A stretch of DNA of 64,000 nucleotides from an uncultured Planctomycetota bacterium (lineage in GTDB: Bacteria > Planctomycetota > Planctomycetia > Gemmatales > Gemmataceae): positions 64,001-128,000 of the forward strand of contig CAWKHF010000010.1 in NCBI GenBank assembly GCA_963849325.1. Direction: 5' to 3'. The notes under the pieces are model-generated. The model worked only from the letters and a program-made list of their open reading frames with translations, searched no databases and was not told where the DNA came from. Below are positions 43,252 to 53,763 of this stretch, in pieces (positions within the stretch are counted from its first letter, which is position 1; every line of letters begins with the position of its first letter). Position numbers and translations under genes: made by a program.

Positions 43252-43313
43252 TTGGTCCCTCATGGGGGGCACTTGCCGGTTGTCAACTACGGTGCGGAGT
43301 TGAGGAAAGCAAT

Positions 43314-44294
43314 ATGATTATCACGCGAAGCCCGCTGCGTATTTCCCTGGGCGGCGGAGGCACCGATTTACCCTCCTACTATGAGAAGCACACGGGTTTC
43401 CTGCTCGCGGCCGCGATCGATAAATACGTGTGTATCACGTTGCATCATACGTTCGCGCCGGAACTTATTATCAAGTATTCCAAACTCGAACGAGTCAACA
43501 GTGTCGAGGAAATCAACCATCCGATCGTCCGCGAGTCGCTGCGCCTGGTGGGGATCGACGGCGCCGGTCTGGAAATCACCAGCATGGCGGACATCCCGGC
43601 CGGCACCGGACTGGGTTCGTCGGGCAGTTTCACGACAGCGCTGCTCAAGGCCCTGCACGCACACAAGAAAAACCTGGTCCATCCGCGCGACTTGGCCGAG
43701 CAAGCCTGCCACATCGAAATCGAACGCCTCAAGGAACCAATCGGCAAGCAGGACCAATACATTGCCGCCTATGGCGGGCTGACGTGCTTCCAGTTCCTGC
43801 CCAACGGACAGGTCGAGGCGTGGCCCCTGCGCATCAGCTCCGAGACGCTGTACAACCTCGAAGACAACTTGCTCCTATTTTTCACCGGCTACAGCCGCTC
43901 GGCGTCGAGCATTCTCAAGGAGCAGGACGACAAGAGCAAAAAGCGCGACCAGGGCATGGTGGACAATTTGCACTTCGTCAAGGAACTGGGCTACCAGAGC
44001 AAGGAAGCGCTGGAGAACGGAGATTTGGTCCGCTTCGCCGAACTGATGAACGTGCATTGGGAGCACAAGAAGCAGCGCAGCGGCGGCATGAGTAATCCGG
44101 AGATCGATCAATGGTACGAGTTGGCCCGCGCCAACGGGGCGCTGGGCGGCAAGCTCATCGGCGCCGGCGGCGGCGGTTTTCTGATGTTCTACGCCGAGGA
44201 TAAGACGCGCCTGCGCCGCGCCATGGCGGAGACACGCTTGCGTGAGGTGCGTTTCCGCTTTGATTTCGAGGGGACCAAGTGCGTCGCCGCCTAA
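43314..44294 (+). CDS. hddA: GHMP kinase, D-glycero-alpha-D-manno-heptose-7-phosphate kinase-like
   Basis: PLRISLGGGGTD, PAGTGLGSSG, GKQDQY, GAGGGG. Confidence 0.85.
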   Translation: MIITRSPLRISLGGGGTDLPSYYEKHTGFLLAAAIDKYVCITLHHTFAPELIIKYSKLERVNSVEEINHPIVRESLRLVGIDGAGLEITSMADIPAGTGLGSSGSFTTALLKALHAHKKNLVHPRDLAEQACHIEIERLKEPIGKQDQYIAAYGGLTCFQFLPNGQVEAWPLRISSETLYNLEDNLLLFFTGYSRSASSILKEQDDKSKKRDQGMVDNLHFVKELGYQSKEALENGDLVRFAELMNVHWEHKKQRSGGMSNPEIDQWYELARANGALGGKLIGAGGGGFLMFYAEDKTRLRRAMAETRLREVRFRFDFEGTKCVAA

Positions 44295-44297
44295 CGC

Positions 44298-44582
44298 CGG
44301 AAATCCGAAATCCGAAACTCGAAATCCGAAAGAAATCCAAAATATCAAATCCAAAATTCAAAACGAGGCGTGGGATGTTTTGAATTACGATATTCGAGTT
44401 TGAGTTTTCGTAACCGTTCACCCGACCTCCGGAAGTGCCATTATTGTCCAGGCATCGTAGCCATTTGTGGACAAAAGAGGCCAAAAATTCACTCTGCCTC
44501 AGCTGTCATGCACCGTCAAGTGTGTCGAATTCCGAGGTCGGGTGAACGGTTACGAGTTTTCTTTCGGATTTCGGATTTCAGG
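44298..44582. repeat. Heptamer-repeat hairpin (GAAATCC) interrupted by a MITE
   Basis: GAAATCCGAAATCCGAAA ... TTTCGGATTTCGGATTTC. Confidence 0.75.
44410..44553. mobile_element. 144-bp MITE with IS66-type ends
   Basis: 20-bp perfect TIR GTAACCGTTCACCCGACCTC; 8-bp direct repeat GAGTTTTC at 44402-44409 and 44554-44561. Confidence 0.85.
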
Positions 44583-44590
44583 AGGCTCTA

Positions 44591-45303
44591 GTGGACATTG
44601 CGACGGTGCCGGCGGCGTTGCTTGCCGGCGGGTTGGCGACGCGGCTGCGGCCGATCACCGCGACGATTCCCAAGGCGATGGTCGAGGTCGCCGGCCGGCC
44701 GTTCATCGATCACCAGCTCGCCCTGCTGCGCCGCAACGGCATCCGCCGCGTCGTCCTTTGCCTGGGTTACCTCGGCGAGCAGATCGAGCAGTACCTCGGC
44801 GACGGCGGCGCGCTGGGCATGGAGCTGCGCTACGCCCACGACGGTGATCGACTGCTGGGGACCGGCGGCGCCCTCCGCCGCGCGCTGCCGCTGCTGGGGC
44901 CGGTGTTCTGGGTACTCTACGGCGACTCGTACATGGACATCGACTATCGAGCGGTACTGGCGCATTTTCGCGTCAGCGGGCGCGCGGCCTGATGACGGTG
45001 ATTCAAAATGAGAATCGCTGGGACAAGAGTAATGTCGTCTTCCGCGATGGCCGACTGTTGTGTTATAGCAAACGCGCGCCGACCCCCGAGATGAAGCACA
45101 TCGATTACGGCGCGACCTTGCTTCGCGGAGAAGTGCTGGCCTCCCTGCCGGCCGACCAACCGTCCGACCTGGCCGACCTTCTCAGCGACATGGCGGCTCG
45201 CGGCGAGTTGGCCGGGCATGAGGTGACGCAGCGCTTTTACGAAATCGGCTCGCCTCAAGGTCTGGAGGAGACGCACAGGTATCTCCAAGCTCGCAGCGCG
45301 TAA
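44591..45303 (+). CDS. hddC: Sugar-1-phosphate nucleotidyltransferase (HddC-like), frameshifted near 44985
   Basis: LAGGLATRL, PKAM, LGTGGAL, YGDSY, FYEIGSP. Confidence 0.8.
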
Positions 45304-45441
45304 CGGCAGGGATGCTTGACACCGGGTGGAGGCGCCCGGTACGGAACGGAAGGCACGCGGCACGGAACAGCCGAGACAGGCAGAGGGACCGGCTCCCGTC
45401 TACCTGCACGCGCGCCGTGCGCGACAGAGAGGCTTGGTCGC

Positions 45442-46050
45442 ATGTCTCATACGAACGATTACATCCACGACGCCACGCAAGTCCTCGCCCAACTCGACAC
45501 CCAGGTCATCGACCGCATGGTGGGCATGCTCGTCAAGCTGCGCGAACGCGGCGGACGATTGTTCGTCCTCGGCGTCGGCGGTTCGGCCGCCAACGCCTCG
45601 CACATGGTCAACGATTTCCGCAAGATCGCCCAGATCGAGACGTACGCGCCGACGGACAATGTGTCGGAGTTGACGGCGCGGACCAACGACGAGGGCTGGG
45701 AGTCGGTGTTTGTGCAATGGCTGGCCGGCAGCAAGTTGTGCGACCGCGACATGATCTTCATCCTCTCCGTCGGCGGCGGCGACCTGGAGCGCAACATCAG
45801 CCCCAATCTCGTCCGCGCCCTGGAATACGCCCAGGAAATCGGCGCGACCATCTGCGGCATTGTCGGCCGTAACGGCGGTTACACGGCCCGCGTCGCCGAC
45901 GCCTGCGTCATCGTGCCGACGGTCAACACGACGACGGTGACGCCGCACGCCGAGGCGTTCCAAGCCGTCATCTGGCACTTGATGGTCTCGCATCCGGCCC
46001 TACGCGCCGTCGAAATGAAGTGGGAATCCTCCGGCCGTCGAGCGGCGTGA
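45442..46050 (+). CDS. gmhA: SIS-domain phosphoheptose isomerase-like protein
   Basis: GVGGSAANASH, TARTND, SPNLVRALEYA, PHAE. Confidence 0.8.
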   Translation: MSHTNDYIHDATQVLAQLDTQVIDRMVGMLVKLRERGGRLFVLGVGGSAANASHMVNDFRKIAQIETYAPTDNVSELTARTNDEGWESVFVQWLAGSKLCDRDMIFILSVGGGDLERNISPNLVRALEYAQEIGATICGIVGRNGGYTARVADACVIVPTVNTTTVTPHAEAFQAVIWHLMVSHPALRAVEMKWESSGRRAA

Positions 46051-46070
46051 GGTCGAGGCGAACAGTAGTC

Positions 46071-46640
46071 ATGGTGGATTCACGGCAAGCGGCGGTCTTT
46101 CTCGACCGCGATGGTGTGCTCAATCAGGTGTTCGTCCGCGAGGGGGTGACGCATCCGCCGGCCCACGTCGGCGAGTTCACACTCCTGCCGGGCGTGCCGG
46201 AGGCCGTGTGCCGCCTGCACGCGGCGGGGTTGCCGCTCGTGGTGGTCACCAATCAGCCGGACGTGGCTCGTGGGACGCAGACGCGCGAAGGAGTCGAGGC
46301 CATCCACAAGCGGCTGCGGGCTGAGTTGCCCCTGCTCGACGTGCTGGCCTGCTACCACGACAACGAAGACGACTGTGCGTGTCGCAAACCGCGGCCAGGC
46401 ATGTTGCTGGAGGCGGCGCGGCGCTGGCGACTCGACCTGGGCCGTAGTTTCCTCGTCGGCGATCGCTGGAGCGACGTCGCCGCCGGCGGAGCCGCCGGCT
46501 GCCGAACCGTCCTGGTCGAGACGCCCTACAGCGGGCGAGGGCGGTGCCAACCCGATCATTGTGTCCGCGACCTCGCCGAGGCGGCGGAATGGATTCTTAC
46601 CGTTATGAGAGGGGGAAAAGAGCATGAAGCTGTTTGTTGA
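46071..46640 (+). CDS. gmhB: Heptose-1,7-bisphosphate phosphatase (HAD IIIA)
   Basis: FLDRDGV, TNQ, CACRKPRPGM, GDRWSD. Confidence 0.88.
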   Translation: MVDSRQAAVFLDRDGVLNQVFVREGVTHPPAHVGEFTLLPGVPEAVCRLHAAGLPLVVVTNQPDVARGTQTREGVEAIHKRLRAELPLLDVLACYHDNEDDCACRKPRPGMLLEAARRWRLDLGRSFLVGDRWSDVAAGGAAGCRTVLVETPYSGRGRCQPDHCVRDLAEAAEWILTVMRGGKEHEAVC

Positions 46641-47325
46641 CACGGCCAACCTGGAGGAGTTGGAGCAGTGCCTGAAGCGCGGCTTTCCCAGCGGCGTCAC
46701 CACCAACCCGTCGATCCTGTCCAAGGAGCAACGCCGCGACTTCCGCGAGCACATCAACGACATGATCGCCCTGCTGAAAAAGTATAACTGCGACATCCCG
46801 CTCAGCGTCGAGGTGTTCACGGCGAACCCCGAGGAGATGCTGCCGCAGGCCGAGGAGTTTCTCGGCCATTTCGGCCATTATCCGAACCTGAACATCAAGG
46901 TGCCGGTCGGCTGGAACGAGCTGGCGGTGATTGCCGAGCTGCGACGGCGCGGCATCCGCGTCAACTGCACCTGCTGCATGTCGTACAACCAGGCGATCAT
47001 GGCCGCCCGCGCCGGGGCCAACTACGTCAGCCTGTTCTGGGGCCGCATCCGCGACATCGGCTACGATGCCGGCTCGGTCGTGCGTCAGGTACACAACACG
47101 CTGCGCGAGTGGCACAGCGATTCGGAGATCATCGTCGGCAGTATCCGCCACATCGCCGACATCAACGAGGCGATGCAGGCCGGCGCCGACATCCTGACCG
47201 TGCCGCCCAAGTTCTTCCCGCAGATGTGCGGCCATCCCAAGACGGATGAGGCGGTCAAGCAGTTCGTGACCGAGTTCCAGAAGTGGCAGGGCGAGGCGCC
47301 GCGGCCGCTGGCGAAGAGCGCCTGA
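46624..47325 (+). CDS. Transaldolase (TalC/FSA family)
   Basis: FVDTA, TTNPS, SVEV, NIKVP (Schiff-base Lys), YVSLFWGR. Confidence 0.88.
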   Translation: MKLFVDTANLEELEQCLKRGFPSGVTTNPSILSKEQRRDFREHINDMIALLKKYNCDIPLSVEVFTANPEEMLPQAEEFLGHFGHYPNLNIKVPVGWNELAVIAELRRRGIRVNCTCCMSYNQAIMAARAGANYVSLFWGRIRDIGYDAGSVVRQVHNTLREWHSDSEIIVGSIRHIADINEAMQAGADILTVPPKFFPQMCGHPKTDEAVKQFVTEFQKWQGEAPRPLAKSA

Positions 47326-47335
47326 GCGTCTCCAT

Positions 47336-47399
47336 GTTTAGCCGCGACGCGCAGCGGAGCGCGGGGATGGCCGCGCTCCGCTGCGCGTCGCGGCTAAAC
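47336..47399. repeat. REP-like palindrome, copy 1
   Basis: 29-bp perfect arms GTTTAGCCGCGACGCGCAGCGGAGCGCGG. Confidence 0.85.
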
Positions 47400-47440
47400 G
47401 AAGTTATTTCGATCCACCCCGGAACGAGAACGAGAACTTC

Positions 47441-48654
47441 ATGCGTGTGCTGGTGAACGGTCTGGCCGCGGCCGGGCCCAAGACGGGCATCGGCCACTAC
47501 ACGGCTCAATTGCTGCGCTGCCTGAGCGAGCAGGCGGAGCCGGAGGAGGTCCACTCCTTCCCCAGTCGCTGGCTGTGCCAGGCTCGCTCCTTGTGGCGCA
47601 GGTCCGCTCGCGCCTGGATCGCGGCAACAGCACCGCTCCGCTCCCCCAGACCAGGCACTCTTCGAGAAAACTCGGATGGCGCGGCCGGGCCATGCGCTCG
47701 CTGCGGTCCTCGGGACAATGGCTGCTGGCGCGGAATTTCCGCGCCGCTTACCAGCGCGGCGGATACGACCTCTACCACGAACCGAACTTCATCCCGCTGC
47801 CCAGCGATCTGCCCACCGTGGCCACGCTGCACGACCTCTCGGTACTGCTGCACCCCGAATGGCACCCCGCGGATCGTGTCGCTTATTTCGAGCGACGTTT
47901 TCGCCGCGGTCTCAAGCAGTGCGTTCACTTTCTGGCCATCTCCGAATCGGCCCGGCAAGAACTGATCCGTACCCTGAACCTGCGACCCGACCAGGTGACG
48001 CGCACCTACATGGGCATCCGTCCCGGTCTGGCCCCGATGCCGCAACCTCACGTCCAGCAGTCGTTGAGGCGGCTGGGACTGCCGCCCCGTTATCTGCTGT
48101 ACGTCGGCACGATCGAGCCGCGCAAGAATCTCCTGACCCTGCTGCGGGCTTACTGCGGACTGGACGAGCGGGTCCGTCGGGACTATCCGCTTGTGCTGGT
48201 GGGCGGCTGGGGCTGGAACTCCGCCGACGTGGCCGGTTTTCTCGATGCCAAGGGGAAGGCGTCGGGAGTGATGCACCTGGGCTACGTCGCGGATGGTCAT
48301 CTGCCGGCGTTGTACAACGGGGCTCGGGCGTTGGTATTTCCGTCGCTGTACGAGGGGTTCGGTCTGCCGCCGGCGGAAATGCTGGCCTGCGGCGGGGCCG
48401 TGCTGGCCTCCACCGCCGACGCCGTCGCCGAGACCGTCGGCCGACAGGCCCATCTCGTCCAACCGCTCGACATCGACGGTTGGCGTCAGGCCATGCTCCG
48501 TGTCGTCACCGACGACGATTGGTGGCTTCAGCTGCGCCGGGGCGCCGCCGAGGCGGCTCGTCCCTTCACCTGGGAACAGTGCGCCGCCGATACCCTCGCC
48601 GTCTACCGACGACTCGGCGGGGAGAAACAGATCACCGAGCCGCTTGCGGCTTGA
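47441..48654 (+). CDS. GT4 glycosyltransferase (MtfB-like), frameshift near 47600
   Basis: TGIGHYT, TLHDLS, GTIEPRKN, YEGFGLPPAE. Confidence 0.88.
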
Positions 48655-48769
48655 CGACCGGGGAGCTGTGGGGACAGCGGCCCGGAGGATGGCGGCGACA
48701 TACACGTCCTACGGAACACGGATCGATCATTTCCTTCAACGCTTCGTGAGCAGAGGGGAGGGGGATCCC

Positions 48770-49971
48770 ATGCGCGTTGTTGTCAATTACCTGCCCGCGC
48801 TGGAGACACGGACGGGCATCGGTCACTACACGGCGGAGTTGGTTCGCTGTCTGCGCCGGCAATCGGGCGAAGACGCGATCGACACCTTTCCCGGGCGCGT
48901 GGGCACAAGCTGCACGGCGCCTGGATGGGCGTCCGCCGCCAGCAACTCGCTTTCCCGGCCGGGCCGGTCACGAGTACGATCCCGCCGCGTCCGACGCTGC
49001 GCCGGCGTCTGTTCGGCTGTGTGCGCGCGTGCGGCCGGCTGGCCCGCGAGGTCGCCTTCCGGCAATTGTGCCGCTGGAAGGGGTATGACCTGTACCACGA
49101 ACCCAACTACATTCCCCTGCCCTGCGATTGCCCGACCGTGGTGACGCTGCACGACCTGTCCACCTTGCTGCACCCCGAATGGCACCCGGCCGAGCGCGTC
49201 GTCCAGTTCGAGCAGCGATTCCGCCGCAGCCTCGGCCAGTGCGTCCATTTTTTCACGGTCTCCGACTTCATCCGACGCCAGGTGATCGAGACGCTGGGTC
49301 TCTCGGCGCAGCAGGTGACGCGGACCTACAACGGCATTCGGCCAGCCTTTGTCCCGCTGCCGTCCCCCATCGTGGCCGAGGGGCTGCGGCGTCTGGATTT
49401 GCCGCCGCGTTACCTGCTCTTCGTCGGCACCATCGAGCCGCGCAAGAACCTTCTGACCCTGCTGCACGCCTATTGCAGTTTGCCCGAGGGCGTGCGAAAC
49501 GATTGGCCGCTCCTCCTGGTCGGCACCTGGGGCTGGAACGCCGGCGCCGTCGCCGACTTCCTGGAGAGCGGAGCACGGCAGCGCGGCGTGCTGTACCGGA
49601 ACTACGTTCCCGAGGACGATTTGCCGGCGTTGTACAACGGGGCTCGGGCGTTGGTGTTTCCGTCGCTGTACGAGGGGTTCGGTCTGCCGCCGGCGGAAAT
49701 GCTGGCCTGCGGCGGGGCCGTGCTGGCCTCCACCGCCGACGCCGTCGCCGAGACCGTCGGCCGTCAGGCCCATCTCGTCCAACCGCTCGATGCTGACGGC
49801 TGGCGTCAGGCCATGCTGCGTGTCGTCACGGATGAGGACTGGTGGCTTCAGCTGCGCCGCGGTGCTGTCGAGGCGGCTCGTCCCTTCACCTGGGAACAGT
49901 GCGCCGCCGATACCCTCGACGTCTACCGACGACTCGGCGGGAAAGAAGAATGTCTGGATCGGGCGGCGTGA
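48770..49971 (+). CDS. GT4 glycosyltransferase paralog, frameshift near 48900
   Basis: Same motifs as the upstream paralog. Confidence 0.88.
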
Positions 49972-49995
49972 TATACAAGTCCGGTAAAGATGTAT

Positions 49996-50060
49996 GTTTA
50001 GCCGCGACGCGCAGCGGAGCGCGGGTCTGTCCCGCGCTCCGCTGCGCGTCGCGGCTAAAC
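49996..50060. repeat. REP-like palindrome, copy 2
   Basis: Arms identical to 47336-47399 with a different loop. Confidence 0.85.
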
Positions 50061-50073
50061 AGAGAGGATTCAC

Positions 50074-50451
50074 CTACGATGATATTTGCGGGGGTTGCTG
50101 CTGAAACAAGTTGTGATAGAGGCTGACCGGATCGAACCCGTTGGCCGTCAGCCCGGCCGCGAACAGCTGATTGAAGGTATTGATTGTCGTCGTCTGCTGG
50201 TCCGGGGTGGCCTGTTGCCACCAGGCATTCATGGTTGCGGGGAGCTGGCTGATGATGGTCTCCATCTGGGCGTTGAGAGGTGTCAAGACGCCTTGCAACG
50301 GTGCCGGCAGTTGGGCTTCCCAGATGGCCACCTGAACCATGCTGGTCTGGAGGCTGGATTGCAAGACGGCTACGTCGGCGTTGAAAATCGGCGTCAGGCC
50401 CGCGGCACTCGGCGCGATCCGTTCCTCCAACGACTCCAGCTCCAGTTTCAT
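50074..50451 (-). CDS. Small protein with planctomycete LEPR-XLL-like N-terminal motif
   Basis: AAGGAG RBS; MKLELESLEERIAPS. Confidence 0.65.
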   Translation of the reverse strand: MKLELESLEERIAPSAAGLTPIFNADVAVLQSSLQTSMVQVAIWEAQLPAPLQGVLTPLNAQMETIISQLPATMNAWWQQATPDQQTTTINTFNQLFAAGLTANGFDPVSLYHNLFQQQPPQISS

Positions 50452-50555
50452 ACTCCTTCTCTCCGTAAATAAATCGGCCCGCTGTGAGTCAAGGTGTCCT
50501 TGATTCACCGCGGGCCGGTGCGCTTGGCGATCGATCAGCGCAAGCGTCCGTTGAC

Positions 50556-51140
50556 TTACTCACTCCAGTAGGATGGGGCGGCCATGATCTGCGGCCGGGC
50601 CTGCATCGCCGCGGGAAGAACGACGCTCGGGACCGGGTAGCTGACCGACCGATAGGAGGCATTCTGGATCGGACGGTAGTTCGCCACCTGCGACGTCGCG
50701 CCGGCCGGCATTTGGCTGGGCAGGGGGGAAGGACTCATGATCGGGTTGGTGGGCGGCTGGGCGGCGTCACTCACGGGTGCGCCCTCGGTCGGCGGCAGCG
50801 AGCCGAGGCATCCGCCATCGCAGCCACCGGGCGGACAGCCCATGACGCCCATGTAATTCAGACCGCCGCCGCCTCCGGGGCACATGCCGCCGGCGCATGG
50901 ACCGCCGCCGCCGCCGCCGAAATTCGGGCCGCAACCGCTTCCGAACGGGCAGCAGCCGTCACAAAAGACCGTGCCGCAGCACACGGGACTGAAAGCGTTG
51001 TACTGGCGCACGCAGAACTTGGCGCCGCAGCCGCAACAGCCGCAGTGGGGGAACAGTCCGAAGGCGCCGGCGAACGACTCGGCCGCCGCGAATCCGGACA
51101 CGGCCAGGGCGAGCAGGGCGGAAGGAAGGAGTTTCTTCAT
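50556..51140 (-). CDS. Secreted Cys/Gly/Pro-rich protein
   Basis: Signal peptide, CGCCGCG, CVRQYNAFSPVCCG, APSYW C-terminus. Confidence 0.7.
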   Translation of the reverse strand: MKKLLPSALLALAVSGFAAAESFAGAFGLFPHCGCCGCGAKFCVRQYNAFSPVCCGTVFCDGCCPFGSGCGPNFGGGGGGPCAGGMCPGGGGGLNYMGVMGCPPGGCDGGCLGSLPPTEGAPVSDAAQPPTNPIMSPSPLPSQMPAGATSQVANYRPIQNASYRSVSYPVPSVVLPAAMQARPQIMAAPSYWSE

Positions 51141-51381
51141 GGTGGTGGGGATCTCGTGAGATTTCCACGGGAGGGGCCGGCCAACATCCTGATGGTCGGC
51201 ACCCGCCCTGATTCCGCCCAACTATACCCGCGCCGGCGACTCGGGAGCGGACAGGCAAGGCATTTTTGCCTCATCTCGACGGGGCATCACGCGGCAGGAT
51301 GAATAAAGGAGATGAGACCCACACAACGGCTCGGGTCGATCCGAAAACAGGGGTCCGGCCGGAGAAAACGCGCGGAAAAAC

Positions 51382-52410
51382 TCAAGTCGGCGGGGTCGGC
51401 GTCCAGGTGGGAGTCGCGTCGAGATTGAGGGGAGCCCAGTCCTGACGATGCCATTTTTCGACGGCGACGGCGGCCATCGCCGCGTTATCGGTACACAGGG
51501 ACAAGGGGGGAATGAACAGCTCGGCCCCTTCGTCCTTCGTCATCGTCTCCAGCGCCGTGCGCAAACCGCGATTGGCGGCGACACCTCCGCCGACGGCCAA
51601 TCGCCGCAGTCCGGTGCGGCGTAGCGCCTGCCGCGACTTGGCGACCAGGACATCGACGACGGCCTTCTGAAAGCTGGCCGCGAGATCGGCGCGCTGGGGA
51701 CCGGGCGGCGGCGGAGCCGGACGCGGCTGACTCTGCCCGGCCAGGGCGTAGAGTACGGCCGTCTTCAGGCCGCTGAAGCTGAAATCGAGCCGGTCCTCGT
51801 GCCAGAAGGAACGCGGCAGCGCGATGGCATTCGGATCGCCCTGCGCCGCCTCGCGCTCGACAGCGGGACCACCGGGAAAGCCGAGACCGAGCAGGCTGGC
51901 CACCTTGTCGAACGCCTCCCCGGCCGCGTCGTCCAGCGTGCCGCCGAGCATCTCGAAATGGAGGGCGGAGCGACAGTGGAACAGGATCGTGTGTCCGCCG
52001 CTGACGACGAGGCCGACGCACGGGAAGATGTCGCGGCCCGCCGCCAGGCGAGCGGCGTAAATGTGACTTTCGATGTGATTGACGCCGACCAGCGGCACCT
52101 CCAGCGCCACCGACAGCATCTTGGCCGCGCTGACGCCGACCAGCAGTGCGCCGACCAGTCCCGGCGTGTTGTGGACGGCGATGCAGCCGATGTCTTCCAG
52201 TCGCACTCCCGCCTGCTTCAGCGCCTCGTCGATGACGGGGAGCAGGCGTTGCAGGTGCGCGCGGGCGGCGACCTCCGGGACGACGCCGCCGAAGCGCGCG
52301 TGCAGATCGGTCTGCGAGGCGATGACGCTGGAGCGAATCACCGGCTCGTCGGTGAAGACGGCGGCCGCCGTTTCGTCGCAGGAGGTTTCGATCGCGAGGA
52401 AATACGTCAC
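51382..52410 (-). CDS. tsaD: tRNA N6-adenosine threonylcarbamoyltransferase
   Basis: [44 protein letters not shown]. Confidence 0.95.
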   Translation of the reverse strand: MTYFLAIETSCDETAAAVFTDEPVIRSSVIASQTDLHARFGGVVPEVAARAHLQRLLPVIDEALKQAGVRLEDIGCIAVHNTPGLVGALLVGVSAAKMLSVALEVPLVGVNHIESHIYAARLAAGRDIFPCVGLVVSGGHTILFHCRSALHFEMLGGTLDDAAGEAFDKVASLLGLGFPGGPAVEREAAQGDPNAIALPRSFWHEDRLDFSFSGLKTAVLYALAGQSQPRPAPPPPGPQRADLAASFQKAVVDVLVAKSRQALRRTGLRRLAVGGGVAANRGLRTALETMTKDEGAELFIPPLSLCTDNAAMAAVAVEKWHRQDWAPLNLDATPTWTPTPPT

Positions 52411-53282
52411 GACGCGCTTACACCTTCACCGTCGTCCGCTCCTTGACGGCCGCACCGTTGGTCTCGCTCCGTGTCACCGGCTCTTGCCAGCGGGCGCATT
52501 GCCGGAAGAAGGACAAGCGGGTTGTCATGGACCACCTTGCGGATGACCTCCTCGGCGTGGCCGCGGCGGCGCATCGCCAGGATGAACTCGGGCACCGCCA
52601 GCGGGTCCGACTTGCCCCAGTCGCCGGCCGAGTTGACCATGATGCGCTCGGTGCCGACCATCTCGATGATGTCCACCGCCCGTTCCGGCGTACACTTCGT
52701 CGTCGGATACAGCGTCATGCCGCACCAGAAGCCGCCGTCCAGCGCCAGCCGAACCGTGTGTTCCTCGACGTGATCGACGCACACCCGCGCCGGATCGACG
52801 CGGCGGTCGCCCTTGAGCATGTCGAGAATCATGCGCGTGCCCTTGTACTTGTCCTCCAGGTGCGGCGTGTGGATGAGGATCAATTCGTTGGTCTTCATCG
52901 CCAGATCGACGTGTTCCTGGAAGATGATGGCCTCGTTGCGCGTGTTCTTGTTCAGGCCGATCTCGCCGATGCCGAGCACGTTGGGCCGCTGGAGATATTC
53001 GGGGATCAGGGCGATGACCTCGCGCGACAGGGAGACGTTCTCGGCCTCCTTGGCGTTGATGCACAGCCAGCTGTAATGGCGGATGCCGAACTGCGCGGCG
53101 CGCTTCGGCTCGACCTCGACGAGGTGATGGAAGTAATCGCGGAAGCCCTCGGCCGAGCCGCGATCGAAGCCGGCCCAGAACGCCGGCTCCGACACGGCCA
53201 CGCAGCCGCACTGGGCCATGCGGTGGTAATCGTCCGTGACCCGCGAGATCATGTGGATGTGGGGGTCGATGTACGCCGGCAT
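52407..53282 (-). CDS. TatD-family metal-dependent hydrolase (EboB-like); 3' end probably frameshifted
   Basis: IDPHIH, GEIGL, HTPH, DH, NSAGDWG. Confidence 0.88.
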   Translation of the reverse strand: MPAYIDPHIHMISRVTDDYHRMAQCGCVAVSEPAFWAGFDRGSAEGFRDYFHHLVEVEPKRAAQFGIRHYSWLCINAKEAENVSLSREVIALIPEYLQRPNVLGIGEIGLNKNTRNEAIIFQEHVDLAMKTNELILIHTPHLEDKYKGTRMILDMLKGDRRVDPARVCVDHVEEHTVRLALDGGFWCGMTLYPTTKCTPERAVDIIEMVGTERIMVNSAGDWGKSDPLAVPEFILAMRRRGHAEEVIRKVVHDNPLVLLPAMRPLARAGDTERDQRCGRQGADDGEGVSAS

Positions 53283-53525
53283 CGATTTAACTCCTTATGG
53301 AGAAACCACTTATGTTACGACCGTGGACCAATTGCGGGACCAATTTGCCGCCACTATAGTCCATATCATATCAGGTTCGCCCCCGACCTGCACCAAGCCA
53401 GCCCTCGCTCTACCGCTTGCGCTTCGCCCGCTTCTCTGCCATTCTTCTTCCTGACTCCGGCACAGCGAGTACGTCCGGCACCTGGCCTACAGCCTCTTTG
53501 AGGACGGGGTCTTTCGGTCTGGGAA

Positions 53526-53763
53526 TGAGAAAAAGCGACAAGAATCGAAATCCCCGCAAGCGGCGGCCGAAGAGAATCAAGAAGAAGAATCTGTTCGGCG
53601 TTGTCTCCTTTTGCGGGAGGGTCGATCGGTGGGCGAGTTCGTGCTGGCTGTGCTGTCGGGAATTGTCGCCTCGGTGATCGTCGAGGTCGTCAAGCTCCTC
53701 CTCCAAAATCATAAAGGGGGGGTCTTAATGTTTCCCGGTATGGCAAATACTCTCCCGGCCTGA
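53526..53763 (+). CDS. Putative small basic membrane protein (needs one frameshift)
   Basis: MRKSDKNRNPRKRRPKRIKKK then, in another frame, EFVLAVLSGIVASVIVEVVKLLL. Confidence 0.35.

Noticed and set aside
53284-53320. dif-like site (TTATGTTA)
   Set aside because: Only a partial XerD-arm match with no XerC arm at the 6-bp spacing; better explained as part of the islet end.
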